Shown here: in pieces, positions 39,730 to 52,849 of the stretch
Layout of the letters: every line of letters starts with the position of its first letter
How positions within the stretch are numbered: the stretch's first letter is position 1
Source: Phoronis australis
Taxonomy: Eukaryota; Animalia; Phoronida
Direction of reading: 5' to 3'
Length of the DNA stretch: 64,000 nt
Assembly (NCBI GenBank): GCA_002633005.1
Contig: NMRA01000996.1
Location: 1 to 64,000, forward strand
Translations under genes and position numbers: made by a program
The notes under the pieces: generated by a model
Told to the model about the DNA's origin: nothing
The model's database searches: none
What the model saw: the letters and a program-made list of their open reading frames with translations, nothing else

Positions 39730-41260
39730 CTAATAAGATCTCCTGAAGATCGTTGAAAAACAGCGCCGCTTTCTGTCTCTGTTGAACATCGAAATCCCTA
39801 ACGTCCTTTAAAAATCGTTCCCTCCTATATTCTTCACGGCGAGACGGAAGTTGGAAGGAAGATCTCTTGTAGGGATTCAGCTCCGGCAGATAATCACCGG
39901 ATTCGTCTTTTTGGTAAACTAAAACAGTTTCCTTGTTAAGCTGCTCCTTAAATACTTCTTCTTTTCGTTTTTTCTTGAGTTTATTTAGTTTGACCAGTGA
40001 CACGGACTTATTGGACACTGGCGCAGACAAACTGGAGGCACTGTCATGTTGCGCGTGCTGACCTGACAACCAGGCTTCGTCTTCTTCTACCCTACTATTT
40101 GTGTCGTCATTGACTTGAAATGTGCGACATGATGATTTTTTCGTATCATCATTAGTAAACACATTTTTCTCGACATGGTGTTGATCAATCGAGTCGTCAT
40201 TCTTACAAACAGACAACGTGTTGTTATCAACGATTGAGTGGTCGTTGATAACAGAAATGTTTGTTTTCGAATTAACCCCCGCCTGGTGCTTTTCGTCCGT
40301 TTGTTCGTTCTTTTCTTGATCGCACGACTGTAAACTGCACCCGTCCTCCGTTACAGGATCTAATGTACTGTGTCTTAGCATGGCAGTTTTAAGATACATT
40401 GACCCCGTTCTAACTAATTTGACTGTTTGATTGGAAGTAACTGTTTTTATTTGACCATCACTTCGATCACGATGAGGTATGACAGGCAACACGTTATTGT
40501 TAGGATTTGTGCTATGGTTATCAAAAACGGCATTCAGGTCGGACCCTGTGCTCGTTGAAAATTCCATATCCTCTCCTGGAATTTTTTTACGACTTTCGAC
40601 CGAGTCAGATTCACTTTTGCCTTTTATTAGCTGAGGAAAAGTTTCACTAGTAGATTGAGTCGCAGTTGCGTTTGCAGAAATCCCGGCGACGGTTGTCTGG
40701 CGTTTTTGGCAATCATCTTCTTCACCCTTGTCATTTTCTTTCTGGACTGTAGGCTCTGTTGCTTCCACAACACTACCTAAGTTTCCCCCCATTGTCTTGC
40801 CACGGGCTTTCTTTTTATTTGCCTCTTCACGGGTGTCACCAAACATTTTAAGCACGCTACTTTTTCTTTCAGTTTCTTTGTCGCTAGAGAAATTCAGGTT
40901 CGCTTCAATTTTTGCTCTCAGTTTTTCTTGTTCTTTCTTGTATGCTTCTTTCTGTAGAACCTTCTTCTCCTTATTCACCCGCAACAAAGTCTTGTACATA
41001 TTTTCTTGGTCTTTTCTCAAGTTGTTCAAAACAGTTTTTTGTTGTTTGTACCAGAAGTCCAACTGTTTTGTCAAGTCCTTGTGAGCAGTTGTGTTGAACG
41101 ATTGGACTGACGAACTGAATTCTTTCCTGTTTACTGCGTGAGCCTTCTTCAAATCGTGAAGCCTGTCTCCGTTCATTTTCCCTAAAGCGCCGTTCATTTC
41201 AGTCCGTTTGTTATACCGGACCGGAATGGCCGGTTCTCGCCAGTGAGCCATCGTTGTCAT
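39730..41260 (-). CDS. Uncharacterised protein exon 1 (N-terminal coiled coil plus long charged disordered region)
   Basis: Long stop-free ORF (528 codons in the track); first ATG at 41260; donor TTAG|gtaaat, phase 1. Confidence 0.85.
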
Positions 41261-41297
41261 CCCTATAGTACGGCACACGAGGCGACTTACTGAGGAT

Positions 41298-41396
41298 GTT
41301 CCCAGGAACGTTCTAACTGAAATATGTTCCTTTCCATACTTTCCCGAGTCTTGTAGTTAAATTCTCGGCCGAAACTATACAAACTAAATGACGTCA
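41298..41396 (-). promoter_or_regulatory. Putative promoter motifs upstream of the uncharacterised gene
   Basis: Full palindromic CRE TGACGTCA at 41389-41396 and X-box-like GTTCCCAGGAAC at 41298-41309; motif match only. Confidence 0.3.
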
Positions 41397-43998
41397 CCGT
41401 AACCGCATCCTGTCAACTTTCAAACGTTGAAACGTTGTTAAAGTGTAGAAACAATTCATTACGGGTATAAACACCCCACGAGTTCGTCCATTTGTTCCTT
41501 AGCTTTGGGTCTTGCCAGAATGAAGCGCCGTTGTCAAGGCCGCTTGTTGACACGTTAGCAAGCCTCTGTCAATGCGAGGATCCCGCTAAGCAAATAGCGC
41601 TTGATTACTGAACACACAAGTTTAGTCGGTGGCGATGATTCGATGAAATTGACAGTAAAGTACTGCTCAGTGTATTAACGTGAGTGCTCACAGATTATTG
41701 CCTCAGGCACATCCTACGTAGCGAATTGTCCGTAAAAATTTCTCTGTAGTTTCATTTCACTAAGGAAAACGTCTTACCGCTTGTTGACCGGACAGACCAA
41801 TGTTTGCCGTTAAACTGGCATGTTCATTGTGTACATTGAGTGTGAATACATGTAAATGGCGACTTGTCATGTTTGTGTGTTGAGTATGAAAATGACATTT
41901 ACTTTCTTTAAATAGCATCAGCCTGAGGAGTTTGTATTCAGCCCACCTGCCTGGACAAAAGGCAATTTCAAGCCGAGGTGCACTCCAATACTCAAGAGCA
42001 AATACACTACGTGAAGCAGCCCATGCATTTATTGTGTGAGACAGTTGCATTTTTCCGGATTCAAGTGATCTGTGATTTTATAGATAACTGGTACTGTCAG
42101 ACAGTGCAATATTGCTGTTCACTGTACTTGATTTACTGTCAAGTCAACGTCAGTGACAAAACTGGTACGGACTGTACCTAAGCGACTGCACTCTTTGTAC
42201 GGATAATATTTTATAAATTTCTTTAACGTTATCTGAATGCCAAGGGAGAGCATGAACGCTCAAAGTATGCGACGACTGTCGTTGCAGGTATTGGTCAGGT
42301 CTCAGTGGTCGTTCCACTCTATAATTACGAGGCAATTACGAGGTGAGCATCAGCAGAAATACCAACACGAAAACGAAGCGATTACTGCCGGGGTATAATT
42401 CGGTAGCTTGTCTAGTGGCTACGGCAATATCAGAATAGGGTCGCTCTCATTGATTACGTTTCGTACCTCTAGTTGCAGTGATCACACAATTGTATAGAGG
42501 CTCAGCACTGTTCTGGCATGACTACACATTCGCACCCAACTCCGAACTTTTCATCATTTGGTGCTCTCTAGAGTGATGAGAGCGCGAAAATTACTTTCGA
42601 TTGACCCCCACTCAGATTTGGAGGACAGAAATTCAATTACTCAGTACACAGTGGTTCATTAATTTAAAATCAGGGGAGGAATCAATTTCACTACAAGTCC
42701 CTCCAATTGTTTGATTAGTTTAAGTGCAATTATATATATTGGCTTTTTGACATCGCGACAGGGATAGAAATTCTCCCGCTGTGTCAGACGTATGTGACTA
42801 AATATTTCAATTTAATTTGCCCACCAACTACCTCCCATCACTTTTGGCACCTTCTCGTAGCTTTGTGTTGCGGCTTTTTATGGGCCATCTTACAAGAGAT
42901 TTTACATGTTATATCTTAATTATGTTCACCCATATTCTTTGTATTTGTATTCTTTCATAATAAATGACCTTATTTCGCCAACGTCGGTCTCCTTTCATCT
43001 CTGGTAATGAGCTTGTTACTCACGTATTTTACTCGGGACATATGTCGATCATAAATGTACTGTAGGTGGCGCTGAACGCCTGTCCAACACCTCGCTGGTT
43101 CCCTGCGTGCTTAGGTGGCACTGAATACCGTAGTTAGTTTGGTTTTGGGGTAGGCGAAGTTTGGGGGCATTTTGTAGGTGGGCATTGCACGTAGGCTCTG
43201 TGAATGTGGTTTGTTTGTATTTGTGAACATGCTGTGAATAAAAAAGGCCACTTTATTGGCTGTAGCTGCACTCTTCTTCAAGATGGCGGCCCCCGGCTGC
43301 AATTGTGCATTGCTGGGTAGCGATTGAGAAATTGGCTGTGATTTTAGGTAGCCCTCAAACAAGCAAGAATTGCCAAAAAACTAGTTGCATTTTTTGCCCT
43401 TATTTTTCTTAGTCTCGCTTGGTTTTCAGTGGGAATGAAAGGGTCAAGAATATAAGAGAGAATAAAGTTTCTGTGCTCATCTGTGCAGGGCTTTTTATGT
43501 GAAATAATTGAAAACATATCATTCTTTGCATCCTGTTTTTTAGTTTGACAGAGTGAAGAAAAAGTGACAAATCAAGTGATGTGTGTTTTGCTGGCCAAAA
43601 CCCAGTGAGAACTGTTCTGTGCCTCCTTAGCCTATCCAGTACGCAGGTATCACGCAGTGGCACGCGCTTTAGCATCGGTCGATGTAACCTCGGCAGTCAT
43701 TGGTTAGCTTTACAACACCGTGAAAAAATGGGGGACTGTGAACGATTTTCAGCCTTGTCATGCAAATGGCGTCGCAAGCAACTATTTCAACTCGGCAGTG
43801 ATGAATATTAGCCACGTGCTTGAAGCACATGCATGTACAATAAACACATATCTGGCCGATTTAACCGGTGTGTTATTCATACTGTATGAATACAGGACAC
43901 TATCGTAAACAAACTTAAAAAGTCATAGTAGAAAGATGCAATCACAATTTCAAGGCTTCACCATTTCCTGAACATAAATTTTAAGCACCCGCCGATTT

Positions 43999-44156
43999 CA
44001 GGGGCGGATCCAGAATTTTGAGTTAGGGGGTCCAGGACAGGGTATTAGCCAGGATTTTGCCCCATCAGACATTCACACCCCCGACCTGCCAAATGTAATC
44101 TGGGAGAATTTTAGGGGGGCATGGCTCCCTTGGCCCCCCCTCTAAATCCGCCACTG
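43999..44156. mobile_element. 158 bp MITE with 5-bp TSD
   Basis: TIRs CAGGGGCGGAT / ATCCGCCACTG flanked by GATTT (43994-43998) and GATTT (44157-44161). Confidence 0.8.
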
Positions 44157-44665
44157 GATTTGTCCGTACAACAGACCACATTTACACGTCAGTCAATCAG
44201 CCATGCCAGTTTGTTTGCGTAAAGCGCTGCCTGTTGAGAATTCGACTAGCCAATCAGAAACGCCGGTGTAAAAAAATTTACCGAGGAAAATTAAGTGATA
44301 CCCGTGCGTGCTGGCGCGGCTACCGCTCCACCTAGTGGCACGCAAGGAACCAGCGAGGTCCAACACAGACACGATCGCCATCTGGCGAAATAGAAAATTT
44401 CAATAAGGCGGGGCTATTTGGAAAATCAGCTATCGAACATCATTACATTTGCGCAAGGTATATTTCAGATACAAATACCCAGGATAGTCACAAGGCTTCA
44501 GGTACAGAATGGTCTGGCCCACGGTCACACTTGCTAGCGGACTTTGTGTTGGCGGCCAGCTGTTTGTTGAATTTCCGATCAACGCGAAGTTTTATGACAA
44601 CGTGTCTTCTGAATGGCCCGAAGCCTACTTTTATTAAAATCGGACACAAGGTGGCAATGAGGCGA

Positions 44666-47600
44666 CCATTTTTCATTTTGTAGTTTGCACATCCATAACT
44701 CCACTGCTTGATCTGATGGGATAGCATCCGCGTACCCAACCTAAAATATAGGGGGCTCGAATTCTTCGATATGCGGACCTTTTACTGAAAAAAATCAACG
44801 AGGACGACTAGGTTCACACCTGCCACTCATGAATCCGTGCCAAATTTCTGTGAACTTTTGTCTCGTTTACTCGGAATTTTTATTTCGCTGTGCCCAATTC
44901 GATCCCCCCCCAGCCCCCCTGGGTGCTTCCATGGATAGAGCATTTCAAGGTCAATCAGAGTTTTGCGACATATTTCTCTCTATGTTTAATTGTTTTTGAG
45001 TTACTCCAAATTTTCCGAGGACTGTTCAGCAAATAACAGAGTTTTGTACCTAATATCGTCGGCGTCCTTTGACGGATTTGTCAGAAATTTGGTACGACAG
45101 ATCTGTCAAGCGATTTCAGCATTACATAACGCGTTTCTTCCTGCTACATGCCCTTCTCACGATGTTCAAGATTTGCTGCTTTAACGATTGTTCTTTTATT
45201 GACTCATCACTTTTCGTCTGATACACATGAAATTGAAGAACAACGTTTTTTATTTAGTCAGTGGCTTGAGAGCTTTTACTTTTTGCGAAATCGGACTCGA
45301 GATGGCGCTGTGACGACCATTCTAGCTCTGACCGAACTTTTTCAAATTTGTTTTTAAACAGATCACCTAACGGTCTATCTAATACGCTGGTGTACTAGGT
45401 CCTGTTTATTGATGATCTTGATTTCGTCGTCGACTTCAACTTTAAATTTTTATTCAATTTCGCCAAGTGTTGCTGCACAAAGAGCTTTGATTTTGATTTG
45501 TTTATTCGATGACACACTTGTAAAAGAAAAGAGATATCAATAAATATAAATATCCAATACACAATTCAGCGACATTTACTAAACAAATATTAGAATACGC
45601 ATATTACCAGGATCGAACAATGGATTTGAACGACTGAAAAACGGACAAAAACTTCATTCCGTGCTAATTCATACAAAATATACAATGTGAACCCGCGCTC
45701 TGCTATGAGTATCCCGATTTCGGCTAGTCGGGATACAGCCGTGTCCCTATCAGTTTGGCAGCGAGAGCAAGGGAAAAAGTTGGCAAACCAATGTTTACAT
45801 AGTCCAGCCCGCTTCTTATTGTCTAAGTTCATCTGATAAGCGCATGCAATCCAGCAATTATGGTGTCAACAGCACGCCTTACACTAACCAGTATTTAAAA
45901 ATACTATTTCCAAACTACGTTCAACAAATGTCGTGGAGATGTGCTTTGTATGAAATACTATCATCAAAAAGTTTGAACAGAAAAAAACAATCGACTTTAG
46001 GAGAAATTAGACTGAACTTTCACCTGCCGATTCCTTTGTGTAACTGCAAGCTCTGACCCAGCTTAATACATGTACCACAGCGTTGTGTACCCACACAATA
46101 GAGGTTTTTGTCAAGTTTAATCGAACGTGATACTAGATTTGATCGTGATGTTTGAAATTTCTTGGTTTTATGGTGCTGAAATTACCTTGATCGGCAGAAT
46201 ATTCAGTATTCCGACAAATGCGAGAGCACATGCTCTCGATCAGACGAGCCTCGTGCAATACAGTGAAATTCTCTCGATTCTAGAATCTGTTTCTGCTGAT
46301 AAGGCGCTACCAAAAACAGAACTTTTATGATTTTCTTGAAAAACCGAAACCGAAATCATAGTAGTTAGAAAACCATAAAATCTTTGTTGAGATTGTATCT
46401 TGAACATATATATCAAATGGATTTTGGTCCTAGTGTTGATGCCGTTGGTTTGCTGTCAATGTACTTTTCTTTTTTTGATAAAGTTTGCCAAAAACACATG
46501 ATCACGTGGCTCAGTTAATGTTCACCGTGATTGTTAAAACTTTAAAACTGAAATTTTACAGGAATTCCAGTTGCAGGAAGAACTTTTACTGAGTTAAATA
46601 AGCAGACTTTTCACAACGCTTGACACTTATCCTCGTGTCGTCTTTCAGTTTTATTTTGAACTAAGCAAGTTTAGAAAGGATTAACGCATTTGATATTACC
46701 CGTCTTTATTATATTAAAATGAAAGGTAACAACCAAGGTTTTCAGGCATCTGCTTAATGTCAATTCAAAACACCTTGGAAGTTCCTGCCGCCATAAAATA
46801 CCTTATTCATGATTACGGAAATATTCGACCTGTTCCGAGCATGATTACCCACTCCCCAGTTTGCCTTTTAGAACAAGGTGGCACTTAACAGTTAGGCTGC
46901 AGCCACGGGGCATTTTCTAGTCCCTAGAATTGATGTGCAGGGCGTATGTCAGGTTTGGCTGGTTGTTCGAGGAATTTGTTGAAAAAAGTTGCCAGGAAAG
47001 TGAGTTGCTTGTATTTTTGAATGAGAAAATCCATTTTTTTAGCCTTGACCCACTTTCCCTGCAAAATGGTGGCTGTCGCTTGCCTTCAACCCCTGTTGCC
47101 TGCTGACCGAGAAAACGGGTGCGATTTCAGGTGGCTGTCAGACAGATCCAAATTGCGAAAAAATAGCTAGTAAGGGGCGTACTATGACCACATTTTTAGA
47201 ATCTAGAGAGTGCGAGCATTCTGAATCTGTAGTCGGATTTTCCCTAGCACTTGCAGGGAAGTGGCAATATTGAGGAGAAAACTGTCAAATTTGGTGTTTT
47301 TTGGTATATTTTTGTGTGCCGGGATTATTTTTTTGCCGATGAGAATTAACCGGTAAAAAATCTGTGGCGTAAGTAAGTTTCAGTTGTCACGAGTAGTGCT
47401 TGTGAGTTGGGAATGTTACAAAACCCTTTTGTTTTTTCAGACATTCGATTAGCACGTAATGAAAGGGCCCATCTGTACTTCGGTGTGCGTCGGCAGCCAA
47501 AAGCCTGTTGTAACTGTAGGTGTGCCCCCATAGTTGGTTTCGGCCTTGTAAACAGCTTCTGCAAGTAAGAACTGCGTCGTTGAAACAGTCCATCAACAGC

Positions 47601-47932
47601 GCTTTAATCTGTGTCCTTTTTTGTGTTCAATGCATTCGTAATTCTTAAGCACAGACGTTATTTCCACCTTTCGTTGACTTTGTATTACGTCAATGCATCT
47701 TTGTGGATCTTCTGAACGTGAGATTTCGGACTTCGCTTCAGGAAGTGGCAACACAGCTCAAATAAAACAATGCCGATATTTTCAAGAAGTTCAGCGGCCG
47801 TGAGCAGGCTTGCTCCAATGCACAGTCCAAGATTTCCACCCAAATCAGCTAAAAATGTACAAAGCAAGACGTTCAAAACCGTAACATGAATATACTGAGA
47901 ATGCATCAAATTTAAAACAACTGAACAAACAT
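44666..47932. repeat. ~3.3 kb tandem duplication, copy A
   Basis: Colinear and highly similar (scattered SNPs and small indels) to 48084-51358. Confidence 0.95.
47685..47848 (-). CDS. Second copy of DEG/ENaC exon 8 (allelic haplotype or duplicated alternative last exon)
   Basis: Intact acceptor catttttag| and ORF of the same length (164 nt); 3 aa changes, all in the tail (Q>R, N>H, T>A). Confidence 0.6.
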
Positions 47933-47986
47933 TTAGAGGATGCATTGGTGGATCTAGACTGTCATAAGGGGGTTTGACAAGCCTTA

Positions 47987-48083
47987 NNNNNNNNNNNNNN
48001 NNNNNNNNNNNNNNNNNNNNNNNNNNNNNNNNNNNNNNNNNNNNNNNNNNNNNNNNNNNNNNNNNNNNNNNNNNNNNNNNNNN
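47987..48083. other. Assembly gap
   Basis: Run of N. Confidence 1.
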
Positions 48084-51000
48084 CCATTTTTCATTTTGTA
48101 GTTTGCACATCCATAACTCCACTGCTTGATCTGATGGGATAGCATCCGCGTACCCAACCTAAAATATTGGGGGCTCGAATTCTTCGATATGCGGACCTTT
48201 TACTGAAAAAAATCAACGAGGACGACTAGGTTCACACCTGCCACTCATGAATCCGAGCCAAATTTCTGTGAACTTTTGTCTCGTTTACTCGGACGTTTTA
48301 TTTCGCTGTGGCGGACCTTTTTGCCCAATTCGAGCCCCCCAGCCCCCCTGGGTGCTTCCATGGATAGAGCATTTCAAGGACAATCAGAGTTTTGCGACAT
48401 ATTTCTCTCTATGTCTAATCGTTTTTGAGTTACTCCAAATTTTCCGAGGACTGTTCTGCAAATAACAGAGTTTTGTACCTACTATCGTCGGCGTCCTTTG
48501 ACGGATTTGTCAGAAATTTCAGTGGTACGACAGATCTGTCAAGCGATTTCAGCATTACAAAACGCGTTTCTTCCTGCGACAAACCCTTCTCACGATGTTC
48601 AAGATTTGCTGCTTTAACGATTGTTCTTTTATTGACTCATCACTTTTCGTCTGATACACATGAAATTTAAGAACAACGTTTTTTATTTAGTCAGTGGCTT
48701 GAGAGCTTTTACTTTTTGCGAACTCGGACTCGAGATGGCGCTGTGACGACCATTCTAACTCTGACCGAACCTTTCCAAATTTGGTTTTTAAATAGATCAC
48801 CTAACGGTCTATCTAATACGCTGGTGTACTAGGTCCTGTTTGTTGATGATCTTGATTTCGTCGTCGACCTCAACTTTTTTGTTCAATTTCGCCAAGTGTT
48901 ACTGCACAAAGAGCTTTGATTTTGATTTGTTTATTCGATGACACACTTGTAAAAGAAAAGAGATATCAATAAATATAAATATCCAATACATAATTCAGCG
49001 ACATTTACTAAACAAATATTAGAATACGCACATTACCAGGATCGAACAATGGATTTGAACGACTGAAAAACGGATAAAAACTTCATTCCGTGCTAATTCA
49101 TACAAAATATACAATATGAACCCGCGCTGTGGTATGAGTATCCCGATTTCGGCTAGTCGGGATACAGCCGTGTACCTATCAGTTTGGCAGCGAGAGCAAG
49201 CGAAAAAGTTGGCAAACCAATGTTTACATAGTCCATCCTTCTTATTGTCTGCGTTCATCTGATAAACGCATGGAATCCAGCAATTATGTTGTAAACAGCC
49301 CGCCTTACACTAACCAGTATTTAAAAATACTATTTCCAAACTACGTTCAACAAATATCGTGGAGATGTGCTTTGTATGAAATACCATCACCGAAAAGTTT
49401 GAACAGAAAAAAAAACGATCGACTTTCGGAGAAATTAGACTAAACTTTCACCTGCCGATTTCTTTTTGTAACTGCAAGCTCCGACCCAGCTTAATACCAC
49501 AGCGTTGTGTACCCACACAATAGGGTTTTTTTTTGTCAAGTTTAATCGAACGCGATACTAGATTTGATAGTGATGTTTGAAATTTCTTGGTTTTATGGTG
49601 CTGAAATTACCTTGATCGGCAGAATATTAAGTATTCCGACGTATGCGATTCGAGCACATTCTCTCGATCAGATGAGCCCCGTGCAATACAGTGAAATTCT
49701 CTCGATTCTAGAATCTGTTTCTGCTGATAAGGCGCTACCAAAAACAGAACTTTTATGATTTTCTTGAAAAAACGAAACCGAAATCATAGTTAGAAAACCA
49801 TAAAAGCTTTGTTGAGGTTGTATCTTGAACATACATGTATATATCAAATGGATTTTGGTCCTAATGTTGATGCCGTTGGTTTGCTGTCAATGTACTTTTC
49901 TTTTTTTTGATAAATTTTGCCAAAAACACGTGATCACGTGGCTCAGTTAATGTTCACCGTGATTGTTAAAACTTTAAAACTGAAATTTAACAGGAATTCC
50001 AATTGCAGGAAGTACTTTTACTGAGTTAAGTAAGCAGACTTTTCACAACGCTTGACACTTATTCTCGTGTCGTCTTTCAGTTTTATTTTGAACTAAGCAA
50101 GTTTAGAAAGAATAAACGCATTTAATATTACCCGTCTTTATTATATTAAAATGAAAGGTAACAACCAAGGTTTTCACGCATCTGCTTAATGTCAATTCAA
50201 AACACCTTGGAAGTTCCTGCCACCATAAAATACCTTACTCATGATTACGGAAATACTCGAGCTGTTCCAAGCATGATTACCCACTCCCAAGTTTGCCCTT
50301 TAGAATTAAGGTGGCACTGAACAGTTAGGCTGCAGCCACGGGGCATTTTTTAGTCCCTAGAATTGATGTGCAGGGCGTATGTCAGGTTTGGCTGGTTGTT
50401 CGAGGCAGTTGTTGAAGTTGCCCGGAAAGTGAGTTGTTTGCATTTTTGAATGAGAAAAGCCATTTTTTAGCCTTGACCCACTTTCCCTGCAAAATGGTGG
50501 CTGTCGCTTGCCTTCAACCACTGTTGACTGCTGACCGAGAAAACGGGTGCGATTTCAGGTGGCTGTCAGACAGATCCAAATTGCGAAAAAATAGCTAGTA
50601 AGGGACGTACTATAGCCACATTTTTAGAATCTAGAGAGTGCGAGCATTCTGAATCTGTAGTCGGATTTTTCCTAGCACTTGCAGAGATGTGGCAATTTTG
50701 GGGAGAAAACTGTCAAATTTGGTGTTTTTTGGTAATATTTTGTGTGACGGGATTTTTTGCCGATGCGAATTAACCGGTTAAAAATCTGTGGCGTAAGTAA
50801 GTTTCAGTTGTCACGAGTAGTGCTTGTGAGTTGAGAATGCTACAAAACCCTTTGTTTTTTCAGACATTCGATTAGCACGTCAGGAAAGGGCCCATCTGTA
50901 CTTCGGTGAGTGTCGGCAGCAAAAAGCCTGTTGTAACTGTAGGTGTGCCCCCATAGTTGGTTTCGGCCTTGTAAACAGCTTCTGCAAGTAAGAACTGCGT

Positions 51001-51358
51001 CGTTGAAACAGTCCATCAACAGCGCTTTAATCTGTGTCCTTTTCCGTGTTCAAAGCATTGATAATCTTTGAAGAGCACAGGCGTTATTGGCACCTTTCGT
51101 TGACTTTGTATTACGTCAAGGTATCTTTGTTGATCTTCTGAACGTGAGATTTCGGACTTTGCTTCAGGAAGTGGCAACACAGTTCAAATAAAACAATGCC
51201 GATATTTTCAAGAAGTTCAGCGGCCGTGAGCAGGCTTGCCCCAATACACAGTCCAAGATTTCCACCTAAATCAGCTACAAATGTACAAAGCAAGACGTTC
51301 AAAACCGTAGCATGAATATACTGGGCATGCATCAAATTTAATACAACTGAACAAACAT
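48084..51358. repeat. ~3.3 kb tandem duplication, copy B
   Basis: Starts immediately after the N-gap 47987-48083; colinear with 44666-47932. Confidence 0.95.
51111..51274 (-). CDS. DEG/ENaC exon 8 (TM2 with GAS filter, short C-tail), proximal copy
   Basis: catttgtag|; (T)DLGGNLGLCIGASLLTAAELLE...KDTLT-TAA. Confidence 0.93.
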
Positions 51359-52757
51359 AATATTCATCTGACCCTCCAGAGTGTCCATCCTTCATGTTTC
51401 TAAGCCAGCAAAATATTTTCATGCTGACAAATATCCTTCTCTTTATTTTGGAAGTATTTAAAAGTGATATGGGTAAAACTTCTCCGAACGGAAACATTTT
51501 GATTGAAACTTGTTCGGTGTACAGTAATGTGGTTGTCATGTACTGTAAAACCTGAAAACGGTATAGTGACGTTGTTTTCATTGTGTTTATAATTTGTCCT
51601 GTCCGCAGTGGGGACTGGCTNGAGATGCAGTCAACACCGTTGCTCATTTTCATTCAAACTACAGTTGTTGCTGCTGCCTAAATCAGTTAAGCTGGTCAGA
51701 AAATCACCAATATTTTTTTCAAACTACAGGGCTTTCCTCTCACAGCAACTATTAGACTACGTATCTACGTATTCCCTAGAACCGACATTTTCGCAGTCGC
51801 TTTTATAGCCGGTCTACCGCACGCTTCTTTGCTGTGCCTATCTCGTAAATGTAAGTGAAGACAACTGATATCGTGACTCCCCATAAACTTGCTTACAATA
51901 AGCTGAAGTGTATGAAAACTTCAAGCTTTAGATATTACATGCTTCACGAGGCACACTGACGGACTTTTAAAAGATGTCGTAAAGGATTGCCAACCAGAAT
52001 TTTCCGTTCGAAAGCAAATGAAATCGTCATTTGGCCTTCACGGCACAGAACTCAGTTGTTAACTGGTTTACACTGTATGTGTTTTCCTTGCTGTATGCAT
52101 GCATTGGAACGCAACTGAAAAATTAGTACGCCATAGTACACTATTAGTATTCTACATGTATACGGAACACGTCGGGGAATTGGCAAAAACATCCTTAGCA
52201 ATGTCAATTTGTGTAGGGGAACGAAGAAAGTGTATAGAGAATGTAAAACAAAACTCAAGGTAAAAGCCACATGATGGGCACTGATCATGGTGTAGTATTC
52301 ACTTTCCTGAATACGACAGGGCCCTCTCTCTTTCTTTGGCAATGAGGCCAGTTTTCGTGTACAACTGTTCACTGCAGCCGCGCTGGTCATTCGACATTAT
52401 GGTGTTAAAAAGGCTTAAGTGTTGCATGGTGAGTTACAATGACGCCAAAACTTTTTGGAAAGTTGGTTGACACGCGATAAATTGTTCACTTGTGTGTCAG
52501 CCACCTCACTTTTAGAAAAAAGCGTTTTTACCTCCGGAAAGTGGAGAGTCGAATCCGGTGTGTGAGAATTGGTGGCGATGGAATGACCACTCATTTACAT
52601 GTAACTGAGTCGCAAAGAGCAGCAATTAATTCGGGTGAATTGAGCATTGGGAACAAAAGACACGTATCATCCTCATGTTATAAGTTGAACGTAGGATTCA
52701 GAAGGAACACAATGCTTCCGAATTTGCTCTACATGTACATTACCCACAATTACTTAC

Positions 52758-52849
52758 TGAAGAAATTCATTGAGTCGTAACTTGGCACTTGTTCCACGAG
52801 GTCATAGTTAAGCTTTTCAAAAAATATGCGAAGTTCAAGAAAGTTTTCC
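52758..52849 (-). CDS. DEG/ENaC exon 7 (beta11-beta12, pre-TM2)
   Basis: cattttag|; RENFLELRIFFEKLNYDLVEQVPSYDSMNFF; donor gtaagt; absent from the ORF track. Confidence 0.93.

Noticed and set aside
40728-41097. Plus-strand ORFs rich in F/S/L
   Set aside because: Antisense shadow of the K/E-rich coding exon
45590-49758. Paired similar ORFs (45590/49019 and 46127/49564)
   Set aside because: Similarity only reflects the 3.3-kb duplication; no recognisable coding motifs
51275-51653. N-terminal extension of the 180-aa ORF and apparent Ala at the DEG site
   Set aside because: Intron read-through; the true exon starts at 51274
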